NCBI RefSeq assembly: GCF_964355755.1
Contig: NC_092672.1
Location: forward strand, 20,783,237 to 20,847,236
Length of the DNA stretch: 64,000 bases
Source of the DNA: Antedon mediterranea
Taxonomy: Eukaryota; Animalia; Echinodermata
Direction of reading: 5' to 3'
This document shows positions 26,701 to 41,700 of the stretch, piece after piece (within the stretch, counting starts at the first letter, position 1; every line of letters begins with the position of its first letter). The notes beneath the pieces were generated by a model. The model worked only from the letters and a program-made list of their open reading frames with translations. It ran no database searches and was not told where the DNA came from. The position numbers were made by a program, and so were the translations under genes.

Positions 26701-29700
26701 AAAAATGAAAATGTAATACTGTAGTGTAATAGTAGTAAGATTAAGATTGTAATTATTTAAAACTCTGTTTGCTATCTACAATTTTGTCTTTAAATATATT
26801 TATTTAAAAAATTAAATAAATAAATGAATTTCCAAACCTTTAATGCATGCTTGTTTTCAATTTTCACTGTGCCTAGATTGACCCCATGATCCTTAAAGTC
26901 GAATTCACTGCGGTTTTGAGACACAAGTTGTTCGCCATCTTTATTTTTTACCTCCATTAAGTCCAGAAACGCAACAACCAATGTATTGTAGACAGCATTA
27001 GGAAGAAAGTCTACAGGTGTAAGATAGATTGACACCATATTTTGTTTGTCCGTTTCAACTTCAAGACTCTTTTCCTCGGTTTTCATTCGAGATGGAACCA
27101 GGAATACCCGGTTACCTTCGGTTACCTGCAGATGTAAGCAAAGTATTGTAAATTAAAATATTACAAGTATAACATTTAAGCTAATTTAAGTGACATCCAA
27201 TCTAAAATAAAATGTTTAAAACAATTTTGAATGTAAATACAATGTATCTGTATGATGTAGTATGTTTAAGTGGATATTAGCCCTTGATGGCATTTGCAGC
27301 AATAAAGAAATTGAATTGAATTGAATTAACTTACCTTCAATTTCTCAAAGAGCAAACCAAATGTCTTCATCACTTCAGTAAAGATTTCAAAGCGATGTGG
27401 ATCTTCCTTTAATTCATGTTTCCATAAATACCGTAGCAGTCTTTCCTCCAGTATTCCTTCCTCATCAAGCCTTTTCCACAGCATCCTCATTTGCTTCTAT
27501 ATTAAAAAAAAACCCAGTTTATTCTTACTTTACACAGTGCAATCACATGATCAATACAATTATACTGTTTCACATCAAGTTACTAAGAACAGATTATTAA
27601 CATCACCTATACATCCACATGATGACAATCTAATATCATAATAAAATACATTATCTACCTACCACTTTAATAGACGGTTTAACTACCGTGATCACTTTTG
27701 TCACCATTTGAATCATCATTTTAAGATCTGTTATCACAGTGTTCTTCAGTTCTTTGTTAGTACTTGAATGCAAAATGATCCCAATGTCATTCATATACTC
27801 TATGGCAGTGTCGAGCCCCTCTTCGGAAATTTCACATTGAGTGCCAATCCTGGAAACCTAATACAGAATTTAATTCAAACAAATAACTTAACTTAAGTAC
27901 ATTACTTGTAGAGCCTGGAGAAAATCTAATGGAAAATTCAATGATGGGCCAAGACTATAAATATTACTAATGTCTGTAGGAATAAAACAAAGTAACAATA
28001 AATAATAATATTATATAATTACATTGGAATCCACAATCAAAACTTTACCTCCTCAAATGTAATACACAATTCTGTTTCACCAATTCTTTGCAAACTTTCC
28101 TGTAAATTAACCCACTTTACTGGAACTTCTCTCACCATTTCCTTCATGTATCTACCAACATTTCGCTTAAGTTTTGTAATACCTTCAGGTGATTTCATGG
28201 TGTTATCAACCATGTACATTTCACGATCTACATGGTGAGCATATGGCATTCCTTCCATTTTATCAAACATTTTCTTGTACATCTTCATAACCTTCAATTA
28301 ATAAATGCATTCATATTGCTACTATCGCTGATAACTCATCACAATGATTACTGATCACGCTAATACTGTATACTGTATTATCTATATTGTATATTTCATT
28401 TGTATGTATACTTGTATAATGTAAAGAGGGACTACAGCGACAGGCCCATCGGGCCTTTTGTAGTCTCTCGACTATATATATTATATGCCAACCATGCTAT
28501 GCCATGCTATGATATTGTCAATAAATGTTTCTAGAATGAATGAATGAATTTAATATTTTTACTTTGTATTCAATGTGTGTGGTAAATAAAAAACAAACAA
28601 GTTTAAAAAGGCCATTTAATAGGCATTATAAATACAATTCAGCTCAATTTGAAGCGATTTTAAATTTTGATGGCCATCTTGGACTTAGAAGTCATATGTT
28701 AAATTACAAAATACATTCAGAGGATGACATACCCAATCAAAAATTTCTGAAAGAGCATTTAATAGACATTATAAATACAATTTATATCAAACGGGCAGTC
28801 ATTTTGGATTTTTGTCGCGATGTAGGATTTTGTTTGCGCCTCCAGGCATATTTTCAAGCTAAGTGTTGACAATAATATATCCACTGAGAATACTCACATG
28901 ATCAGTGAGATCAATCTGCGTGATAGTGATCATCATGATCAGTGGTTTACAATACAATATGTCAAAACCTAATGTACACAATCTTCCATAACTGTCTGTT
29001 TTATTTAATTCATACTGTAATTCAAAATGACAAAATCTCAAACAATGTTTCTACTTTAATGTGCTTTCTTTAATGAATTCTTTTGTAATGCATGTAATGT
29101 TTAACTTAAATGTTCCATTTTCATGTTATATTATTTGATTGTATAAACATGTACATTAGACCTCAAACTGCTTTTTTGTTCTAATTGTACTGATGGGTTG
29201 TATACAGTCAATCCTTTTGTAGGCAAAATATTAATTCTAAAGAGCCTATTAATTTACCTCACTACACGCAAAACGCAATTCATAGTTCTATAGGAACCAG
29301 TATATACAAACCAATCGCGACTGGTCGCCGTTACCCATACCACACGTGTGACACGTTTAAAACTTTTCAGTTTCACTCAGTTACAGAAAAAATAGAACAT
29401 AAGCAACTGAAAGTAATTATAAATGTCTACATTTTTGTGCGCCTGTCAGTTGCAGTCAGTTGAGGTTTATAGTTGCATTCAGTTGTGTTCAGTTGCTAGG
29501 AGCGCTTATGTTGACTAATACCCCTTTCACACCGGAGACACCCCGGGGTTTATGACCATTCAAAACGTCGAGAAACTCCGGAGATACCCCTTTCACACCA
29601 ACCTAGCAACACCGGGGTTTATAAAATAAAATTGTAAATGTCGCCCTCTATTTTGTTTGTTTACATAGCGACGATCATTAGAATCATTTTAATTAATATT

Positions 29701-32700
29701 TTAAATTTAATAATTACTTTCAAAAGTCTCAGAAGTAATATAATGTTTTATTGATACTACTTATTATTTTTTAAACCCGCTATATATTTTGTACAAATAT
29801 TTAAAGTATTTTGAAATAAAACTAAAGCAATGAGTAATCGTGTGAGGATGACCTTTTGACCCGAAACACTCCGGAGTTTGATGTTGTACCTTTCACACCA
29901 AAACACCAGGGTGTCCCCGCAGTTCGCTCTCCGGAGAATATTCAGCTGTTCAACCCCGCAGTTAAACTCCGGATCGTCGCTATGTAAAAAAATAAAAAAT
30001 AGAGGGCGACATTTACAATTTTATTTTATTAACCCCGGTGTTGCTAGGTTGGTGTGAAAGGGGTAATAGTTGAGAAAAAGACAAGATATAAATATCTAAT
30101 ATTTATATACTATTTACCTCCTCCTCTTTTTCTGATGCTGTCCCTGACAATTTGTCCACATGAGTTGCAACCAAACAGATGGGAGGTGACCCTATGTTCT
30201 TGCCATCAATTGAAATAATGTTTCCTGAACCATGTTGTACAGTGTGTTCATAAATGGACCTTATCCAGAACAAATTCATGTCCAAATTAGTCATTCCTAG
30301 CTGACCATAAAATGACAATGCCAATATATTTTTAAACTAATATTGAAATTAAATTACATTATTAAATCATAGCAGCCATTTGTAGTTTACAAGATTGTCT
30401 AAAGTACTAAAGTTTAACTTACTATTTTTGAATCCCGTGGTTTAGCTGGCTCATCCAAGTTGTCCATGACATTGAAAGCAACACAGTATGATACTGTATT
30501 TGTCAGGAAAAACTGGAAATTAAAAAGGATTATGTTTTCATGGTTAATTATAATATAATATTACAATATTTTATATAGAAAAAGTTTGATGACTCAAGTA
30601 AAAACTTCAACATTCTATTTGCACACTACATACTGTACTGTTTCATCAAGGTGATAAAATAGCTCTTCTTTTTATCATTTTTATGAAGTAATCTATAGTG
30701 TGCAAATAAATAGTCATTTTTTATCTATTTTGCTCTGCTTTTGTTCTGAGCACTTTTGTTCATGCCTCATCAAGTCAAACATGCAGATTAATGCAGACTG
30801 TAAAATAAACTTTCACCATTTTTACATTGTGATACCAGACCCCTACCAGACCCCTAGTTCCTATGTTGTTGGAACTAACTTGACATGATGTGTATTGCTA
30901 TGTATGTTTTTTACACTGTGATACCAGACCCTTACCAGGACTGTGGTTCCTATGTTGCGGGAACTAACTTGACATGATGTGTATTGCTATGTATGTTTTA
31001 TACATTGTGATACCAGACCCTTACCAGGACTGTGGTTCCTATGTTGTGGGAACTAACTTGACATGATGTGTATTGCTATGTATGTTTTATACACTGTGAT
31101 ACCAGACCCCTACCAGGACTGTGGTTCCTATGTTGTGGGAACTAACTTGACATGATGTGTATTGCTATGTATGTTTTTTACATTGTGATACCAGACCCTT
31201 ACCAGGACTGTGGTTCCTATGTTGCGGGAACTAACTTGACATGATGTGTATTGCTATGTATGTTTTTTACACTGTAATACCAGACCCCTACCAGGACTGT
31301 GGTTCCTATGTTGCGGGAACTAACTTGACATGATGTGTATTACTATGTATGTTTTTTACACTGTGATACCAGACCCCTACCAGGACTGTGGTTCCTATGT
31401 TGCGGGAACTAACTTGACATGATGTGTATTGCTATGTATGTTTTTTACACTGTGATACCAGACCCTTACCAGGACTGTGGTTCCCATGTTGCAGGAACTA
31501 ACTTGACATGATGTGTATTGCTATGTATGTTTTATACACTGTGATACCAGACCCTTACCAGGACTGTGGTTCCTATGTTGCAGGAACTAACTTGACATGA
31601 TGTGTATTGCTATGTATGTTTTATACATTGTGATACCAGACCCTTACCAGGACTGTGGTTCCTATGTTGCAGGAACTAACTTGACATGTGTATTACTATG
31701 TATGTTTTTTACACTGTGATACCAGACCCTTACAAGGACTGTGGTTCCTATGTTGCGGGAACTAACTTGACATGATGTGTATTGCTATGTATGTTTTGTT
31801 GTCATGATCATTTCAAAACCATTGGCTAGGTCTAACCTACTTGTTTAGACGTTCAAAAACAAGCTGCATGCTGTCACCCAGACAGTGAGCAAACCCTGTA
31901 AATGTCTAAATATAGCGCAATTTCATTGTTGGTATACACATGAGCCTGTCGTATTGTCGTCATTGTCTAGGCCAGAGTGATACGTACCAATATGATTGTA
32001 AATCGGAACAGATACCATCAATGCAGGCAAGAACACATGGTAATTTCTTATAAGAGGGATGCATGTTTTTCCACCATCGTTCAGCTTGCATTGATACATG
32101 TGGTAATTCTTACAAGAGGGGTGCGTGTACTACGTCAAATGGAATTTACACAACCATTGTTCACCTCGCAGGAGGTCACTGGTGCATGCGTGTAGGTCAA
32201 GTTTAGTCATTTATTAATCATTTCACTTTTCTTTCAGTTAACCAAAAAGAAATTAATGTTTATCATTTTGCAATTTAAATGACTGAAATCCAAGTATCGG
32301 TTCAAGTTCTTTAAGTGGTAAAAAATATACAATTTTTGGTTGGAAATTGTGTTTTTTTGCAGTTAAATTCAAAGCTTTTTTGATTACAATGACTTTTACT
32401 TGTTTACGTGTAATCCTTCATAGTCGTATGAATAGAGGAAAATTGAGGCGAAACATATTGCTTGTAAGCCCCTCACGGTTATCATGTCATATTGTACAAA
32501 CGGTGTGAACTTTAATGGATGGTTTACCCAAGCCTCATTTAGTCTATTTTCTATATATAAATTTACGTAAGGGCAAAATTCGGTAAATCGCGCCTTATTT
32601 CTAGAATTTTTACTCGATGGTATATAAAGTTGGTTCGTACTTTCGGTACTGATTTTAACCACCTGATGTAACCCTGTTTACTAATTAAATTAAGTTAGAT

Positions 32701-35700
32701 AATTAGTTATTGACGATTAAAACGAATTTAGGTTCAACGATTTGCCCCAAATGGGGGTGTTTTCCGATCGTGGTATACACTGTCTAATGGATGTCCATCT
32801 TGAAAAAAACCCGCCACAAAAATGCGAGGAGGCTTCGCATTTTCCTATCTCCTCCTACGATAATTGTTTTTAATAGCTGAAAACCGGTTGAACAGCTCGA
32901 GTACAGTATCATAATGTTGAAGACAGGCCGATTTTCTTTAAAAAATACTATTTTGATAGATTTAATATACGTTTATACAAATGTATTGATTTGCGATGAA
33001 TGGAACATTCCAATCTCTGTGTCGTTCCACAAGTGTCTATTCCCTCAGGCGTCGTTAAGGAAAGTACTGTATACTCATAACAGAAATTCGATCCATTTTG
33101 TTTTCAATCTGTGCTGCAGAGGTTGGATATAATTTTTTTTAAACGGATAATAAGCTAGCGTTTTCACTCGCCGTAATTTAATATTTATTACCGATTAAAT
33201 CGAATTTATGATTTTCCCCGAATAGAGGTGGTTTTCACAAATTGTTTAACATTATATATAAACATACGTCGTAGTGTATCGTTACATGTACTGTACTATT
33301 TCAATCGACTACGACGGTGATAGTTTCAACAAAGTATTACATCGCAATGTTTTACTGTGTTTAGTGGTATATTATTTGTAAAACATGTTAATTAATATTT
33401 CGTTACAAAATAAAGAATCTATTTAAAAATTGTTCCTCTTTGCACCCATCCTCATCCCCATTCCTCAACCATAATGTTACATACAAAACACAAATTAAGT
33501 TTGTTTAAATTTGACTTAAACAATTGGTCTCATTTAGTTTCTCTTTCGGAAGTAATTCCCAGTGTGCTAATTTTAGTTGAGTACATAAATCACAGTGTCT
33601 ATTTATTCGTTCCTGTAAACGACATATATTATTGTCCTGCATTATTGTACATTTGAAATCGCCAGTTTTTGAATGCTGACATTACTGTGTATTCGAGAAC
33701 CATCTGTGGGCACGACCTAGAAGCGAGCGTACCATCTAGTTGAACAAATTTAAAGAACTAGCTGAAACAACATAGTCAGAAAGACCATTCCACAAAAGTA
33801 CAACTCTAAACGAAAAAGAATTCCTTCTCAAGTTTAACTTGTACAATTCATTGTTTTATTTGTGAATGTAGTGTATATTTCATTGATATATGTTTTCCGA
33901 TGATGGAACGCGTGGAATTCGGCTCAATGAGATTTTAGGATAGTTTTAAAATCACATTTTCTCTGCATATATTGATTTTAATCATAAAAACACTTATGCA
34001 TAGATTGAAACAAACAATATAAATGTTGTAAGTATAAATTACGATTTAATACAATTTCTTTAAATACCATCACAGTCATACTACTTATTCAATTATTGAT
34101 ATTATTTCAAAAGTGATATTCTTTTTCATTTGGATAGTGATTTGCATTTAGGAGTCTTCTTCTTTCTTTCTAGATCAGGAATAGTATTTGTTGTAATTAG
34201 ATTGTGAATAGTATGTGTAAAGTACTTATTTTAGCATTTTTTATTGTAGATCACCTATTGATCTTTATTCAGCATCGCATTATTGCATAAAATAAGAACA
34301 AAAGAGAAAGAAAGAAAGGCCTGGTATAATGGTGGAGGTATGGTATTCTGAGGTTTTGAGGTTGTTTAAACTTCTCACACATCTACTCCACTCTGCCCTC
34401 CCTTTTTACTGTTGACAATATTGACAAGTACAAATGCCTGTTGGCCCCTCCCCTGGTTCAGCCCCTGGTGATGTTTCATATGAAAACTTGTATAAAAAAA
34501 ATCAGTAATTGAAACATGTAAGATCAATTGAACTAGAAAAACCAACAAAAACATAGCATAGTCTAAAAAAAAAGTTGCACATTGATAAAATAACCCTGTT
34601 AAAAATGTTCTTGGCAAAATACTGTAAGAACACATCATGTAAAAAGAAAATGAAGCTCTATTAGTATTTAAAAGCTTCCAATTGATTTATTTCTGAACCC
34701 AATAAAATGAATATTTGTTTTAAATATGAATCTTAGAATACAAGTGATATTCATAATACAATAATGAAAACATACCCTGTGCGTTATATAGTAGTCTAGT
34801 TGACCAGCGTAGTCCCATATACTAGTTATGTCACTCACTTTTTCTTTTCTTCTTACCATCTTGTACATACCATTCTTAAATTTTGTCCAGATTCCAACAT
34901 TGCCTTCTATAAAAAATTACAGAAACAAAACCAATATAACAGTGTTACTAATCGATATCAACCTACATTTATACATCTTTTATGCAGATTTAAATGTTAT
35001 AAAAGCTTTATTAGTATGTGCCTACCTTCTTTTAACCTTTTATCAACCTTTTCTCCTAAAGCATGTGAACGAATTTGCTCTTATAGCTCAATATCTATAC
35101 AATGCAAGAAATAGACAATTAGATTAGGAAACCAATGTGTTGTATGGGATGAGAGGAATACAACGATAAGCAATATTTTGAAGATTGAATGTAATTTTCC
35201 AATTCTTGGTATCTGAGGTGATTTCAAGACCAAACCGTATATGGTTGCATAGCCAAATGAATTTTGAATTGTTATTTGTTGTATAACCAATGTGTAAATG
35301 GCATTATATTATAAATTTAAGAATGTTTTTATTTAAATATTAGTATTATTTTATCAAAAATAAATTAATGTTAAATTTATAGCAAAATAATGAATATGTA
35401 AAATTTAACATTTTCAGTTACTTATCTCACCTTTTAACATCTTTTATCTTTTTCCATTGACTACAATCCTTCTTTGCTTGAAACACTGTGGTTGTAACAA
35501 TTCCATCTGTGGATTGTTCTGCAGAATTGAATCTATTATATAGTAAAGTTAAACATTTATTGTACATTTTAGAAACATACATAGTATGTATAAAATGACT
35601 AAATCATGAAAGGGTTTGCATTTTAATATTCCAATCATAAAACAACTGATAAATTTTAATGAATAGAACATTAGTAAGTTTAAAAGTAAATTAAAGTGTA

Positions 35701-38700
35701 TAAAATTAATGTTTTTATTATTTTATAAGAATCACAATATTCAACATACTGCAATGTCACCTTTAGTGTATAATAATTCAAATTAAATAAAACATTTCCT
35801 TTAGCAGTTCACAAGATAATGTGATTGATGACTATTGACTATTGATGGTCAATACAGCTTAAGATACCGTACAGTAATATACTCTATAAACATTATACCA
35901 ATTTTACTTGTTACCTTTCTCCAACCATAGCCTTTACACAGCTAGTCTTGCCAGCACCTTCTTTTCCCAGAAACATACATCTTGAATTCACAACAGACAT
36001 GCTACCAGTTTTAAGTTCTTCTTTATATATTTTAATAGCTTGTTTACCCTTGCCACGTATCTCTGCAGGAACTAACAGTTCTATTATGACAAAAAATAAA
36101 TTGTTATCTCATTCTGCCTCTGTAAGCCTTAAAAATGCTTCATATTATCTGTATATTAATGCTACTAAATTGTCAGCGTAATTTTACGTATCTCCTCTGA
36201 AACCACTGAACGTTACGTGCTCACATTTGGCACACTGATGTTTATTGAGGGGCAACACATGATAGGCTATGTCACTTTCCTAAATTGTAAGGATAAACAC
36301 TAAAAAAAGGCAAAAAATAACTGTAATTTGACGTCTCAGCCACCATGTTACGTCACTGTATAAACTACGCAACTTCCTCTGTTGTGTACCACCATGGCCG
36401 GATCTACAAATACCATGCCGGGCCGCCAAATTAATCGGATAAAAAATGTGGTCTCTAGGCAGTAAAATAGTTTTTTGTTAGAATCATGACCTATGACCTT
36501 TTCCCTCAAAATCGAACTCGTCCGAGCTTTTTGGGCATAGATCATTGTGGCCAAATTTGATGAGAAACGGATAAAAACTGTGGCCTCCCGGCTGTTCACA
36601 CGCACACACAAATATACAGGGGTGAAAATATAACCTCCTTGGCAGAGGTAATGAATAAAAATAAACACACACAAACTAATCCAAATATTTTGGATTTAGG
36701 GCGTGTTTTTCATTCAATTTATGTCCCATTTTTTTATTTGTAAATGTGACCACTAATTCTGAGCATAACTAACAAACAAAATATCAAATAATACACAACG
36801 AAAAATACACCCAAAATATAGTTTGGTGCGCATCATTTAATTCCCACTACCACCAACATGTGCACTTTTTTTAAGTGATTTGAAGTCCATTAGCAGCTCA
36901 GTGTAGTTTATTACAATGCTTCATTCACATCTTAATTCTATAAATTACCACTTCGTATTTGATCATTGAAATGTTTTAACTGCTGACTGATTGACAGTTC
37001 AACGTGATGTCCCTCTAATGCATGTTGTCACTTTCTGATGCGCACACTACATTAACACAGTACAATTTTTCTTTAGTATCTTTCATTTTCGTAAAATTCC
37101 ATATACAGTATTGCTTACATTTTTTAGCTTACAGATATTTCAAAGTAAAGGAACATTTTTTGGTGTATAACAAAATCAATGGCTGTAAATAGTTCTGAAT
37201 TTTTATTCTTGAAATAATTTGTCAGAGTACTTTTATCAGGGAAGAGTGCGTTTTTATTATACTTTCTCTTCCCATGCGAATTAGTATATAACTACATAGA
37301 GAAAAAGACCGTACGGAGCACAGGTTACTGCTAGTTATTATTTAGTTATTAAACAGTAATATAAATGTTATCTCATATAATGTACAATAGTTCTCGTCAA
37401 CTTTAATAAAATAATACCTTAGGTAAACTTGAACCTTGGGAAATGATATCTTAAGAATAATAAATTATGTCCAAGTACCATCAATACAATACAATAATAT
37501 TAATACAAATATATTAAACCAACTATGTCAATGTCAATTAATATGATAAAATAGTGGCAACCATGTACATACATATCAATTAATGTGCTACTGATTGAGC
37601 TGGATCCATAGAATTTAGTTTCATTAATTTGGAATGAATCAGAAAATTAAGGTCTGTCAGCTTACGGTATATAAAATCTTACAGTTTGTTTCTGTAGTAC
37701 AATTTTGTAAAATTTATAATAGTAGCATTGATAATTTCAAATGACCACCTGTACCACACTCTATGTTGATTATTGTTATAAACATCATAAAAAAACTACC
37801 ACAGAGAAAGTGACACCTAGAAGTAACTATGAACCATTTGAACCTACATTTGGTGAAACATTTGAGATAGGTAGGATAGGTTACAGTTTAAATCTTTTGC
37901 ACTGTGTTTGCGTATCTTAGATTAAAGTATAATTTATATTTATAAACTTTACTTACTGTCAAAATAGTTTAAAATCACAATTTTTTCTTTTTTCGTTATT
38001 TTCATACTTGTTTCTACAATAGATTCAGGTGTCTTTCCTTCCTAAAAACAAAAATATTTTACTTAAACAAGCTATTTACAAAGACATATTAATTAATAGA
38101 CACCAAGATCCAAAACACTACCTCTGTTCTGTAGTAAGCAAGATCTATAAATCCAAACGTAAATAGTAATACTATACTAATAATGAGAAAAACTGCTGGT
38201 GGACAAACCAACTTTTATCTATTTGATATGTAGAAGCAATTATAAGAACAGCAATTTTCTATCAGGTGTTAAATTTTCGCCACATATACTACACTAAACC
38301 CATAATGGGAAGTGGGTATCTTTATCCCATAATATGAGGAGCTTTTAAATGTTTGGATTTGATCAATAAATATATGTGCACAGTTGTTTTGACAGAAAAC
38401 CCCTACAATTGTTTATTTGGCTACCACCATAGACCTAACTTTTCCGTTATTCAAAGTGGTCCCTTAAGAGAGAGATTGTGGTCCCTTGAAAGAGGTGGAC
38501 ACTTAAGAAGAGAGGCGTGGTTATTAAGAGAGGTGGTCGCTTACAAGAGGTGTCCGATTATGAGAAGTAGTCCTTTATGAGAGGAGGTGATCTCTTACAA
38601 GAGGTAGTCATCTATGAAAGAGCTCCCCTAAGAGAAATGGTTGCTTAAAATGTCGTTTTAGAAAATTGGACGCTTACAAGAAGTGGATAGACTGATAGCT

Positions 38701-41700
38701 AAGTTAACGAGATGCATTTGCACAATTTTACTAACGGTTGTATAAACAAGTATGCTTGTAAGCCCCTTTAAGGTTTTGATTCTGTGTTTTTAGTTCATCC
38801 TCTTTAATTTGCTACCTAAAGACCTAGACTTTCTAATGCAGAAATTTCTCAAACATGCCCACTAAGCTTGCATGCACAGGGTCTATGTCAGTAATGCACT
38901 ATCTTTTTTAATCAGAAATTTTACAATTTCTGAAGTGGGCTTGGGGCTTTGAATCAGGCATTCATGTAGTGGAGGGTTTCCATTGTGGAAAAAAAGTCAT
39001 CATCATGAAGTTTAAATTTTTTTTTGTGAAAGAAGAATGTGAAGTATGATGATGTATTTATCTTATCCTTAAAAATTATTCCATAATTCACATGTGATAA
39101 AATAATTTGTTTTAACTATCTTAAAATGGTAACGATGTTAATCTATGTCCAACACAATCACTTTAATGCAAATAAAATATAAAACCCATGTTTTCACATA
39201 TCCTAACCTAATAGTCCATTCATTACAATTTTTGTGGCAAACCCTATGTTTTCATACCCAAATGGCAACATTTAAAGCATTTTAGTGATCAAATTTCATG
39301 TATTACCATGTGAAAAACACAAGTCACGCTTGAGGGATTTTTGTCCAAAAATTCACCCTTTTTTCTGGAAATGTTGGGTGCGGCAAAGACGCCAACAACA
39401 ACAATAATATTAGGGAATTCATGATTCAACATTTCAATCTTTATCGAATCATTGTTTAATGTGTATTGTCTTAATTTTAAGTAAAATACATTGTTATTCA
39501 GTTTATCTTAATTGGCTGTTATAAGTTTTTCACCTCTCAACAAATCGAATGATACATTGGGAGGTTTTATGAAATCATGTCCAAACTATACAGGGCGCTA
39601 TAATATTTTTTAAAAATACATATTAGACCATAAAGGGCGCTACTAAAAATGTAAAGGTTTTGGTATTTATAATAGTAAATATGCCAAATGGCGGAAAATA
39701 CAAATATTTCAATTATTAAACAATACATGAATTTATTACAAACGTTGTGCGGATATTTAGCATATTTTCTTTTTCTTCTTATCTAGAGTCTTAATAATTA
39801 GAAATATCAGGATATTTTTCTGTATATTAAAAATTGCTTTCGTCATTATCAGCATAGTTGGGAGGTCTGCTCTTTAAAGTTATTTAACTCATGGAGGTAT
39901 ACCTCCATGGTTGAATCTCTCCTTCTTTTTTATACCCCCGTGTTTAACTGAATGATTCAAATTTCAATGTCAATTTCTAGATTGAATTACAAATTGAGAA
40001 TAATCCTGACATCTGTTACAAAAATAACATTTACTTATGAAACAGATTAACCTGGGACAAAATTGAGCAAAGTTAGAATATGATATGGTTCATTAGATAA
40101 CAAATTATGGAAAATATTCTTTCTTTCATTCAATTGAGATTCAAGCTGTTATTGGATTAAAGGCCCATATTAAATAACTTATATGAAGCATGGGTGGGTG
40201 TGGACGGGCACATAATCGCTACCCACTACCATTACTTCATGATGTCAAAATATCCGATAGGTCCAATCTCAGCATAAATTATACAACCCACAATCTTCCT
40301 ATCAGTTTAAAATCGCTGTGATAGTAGATATTGTCATCTTTGAAGGAATGGTTTTTTAAATAGGTCTACCAAAAATCACACAATTTAATAATAAAAATAA
40401 TTATCATTATTATTAATTATTTGATGAACCAGATATAAAAAAAGAAAAAAAAAAGAATAGAATAATTTACTAGAGTAGGTGAAAGATTGTTGCCATACAG
40501 TATTTCTGAAAATTGTCTCTATATTACCTTATTTTGTGATGTCACTGATGCCCCCTTATTTATGAGAGAGGTTACCATTTCTAATGTAGGGTGTGGATTA
40601 TATTCCAGATGTTCATGTAGTGGAGTGTTTCCATCCTGGAAAGAGATTATAATCATCAGGTTTTAAAAAACTGATTAAAGAAAAAATGTTACATTGGTAT
40701 TCTGTCAAATGACAATTTTATTCCTAACTCATTTATAGCAGAAAAAAAAGAGTTACACTGACTAACGCTAGTGCCACTCACTTTATACATCTGTATAAAA
40801 ATAAATATGTAAATTCTTTTTTTTCTTTTTATTTTGTAAATGTACGACCTCGGACGCATTTTACAAATTATATATTTATACCATGTGCATATTTATACTA
40901 TGTTCGGACATACAATACAATACAATACAAACATTTTAAGATGTTTTATTCTTTAATCCGTTCATCTTGTTTAGTTTCACAAACATAAACCACAACGACG
41001 ACAACAACAAAATTAACAACTAAAATTATAAATCAAATGATAATAGAGAAATGATGTGATCACATTCAATCAAACTGTACTTCAAAGCGTATGAATCCAG
41101 CAACAGATATCAAATGATCTGATCATATAAATTACTAGCATCAGCACCCGTCTTTGTGTGAGCCCTACTGACGAACAGATTTCAACTTCACCGAGACGTA
41201 GTTAAACTTAAAAATGCAAGAATTGCAATTTAAGTCTCATTTTCTATGTTTTAAAGTAGGCTATGCACGAATGTTTGCGGTCAGTAACTTTCATTGTAAC
41301 AAAAATAAATACAGAATATTTTACACTACTGTATATTTTAAATACACTTTAGGTGTATCGTCCGTAATCTGAAGTTAAAAAAGCAAGTACACATTATTTA
41401 TGAATTCGAAAGTATTGCTAGAACATATTGAATTGAAAAGAATTTTGAAAATTATGGTACGTTCGTAGATATGCAAATAATAAATATTATTATTTAAATT
41501 AATAATTACTGTACAGTACAAAAAAATGTGTCCTACAGTAGTAGCCGTTTATAACTGAAATACACAAAACAAATAAGATACAAAATGTGACGCTTTTATT
41601 ACCTTTACATGTAATTAGGAAGCTTACGGAAGAATTATAAATAAGCTTATTCATGGGCTTATACTATATATACATTAAGAATAATATAATAGGCAAAGTA

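Noticed and set aside
312-31797. Tandem arrays as CRISPR arrays
   Set aside because: Units are contiguous with no unique spacers, there are no cas genes, and the context is eukaryotic introns
37418-37449. Possible small minus-strand ROCO exon (IISQGSSLPK)
   Set aside because: Ends in phase 0 whereas the next exon needs phase 1; exons 38041-37957 and 36071-35915 join in frame without it
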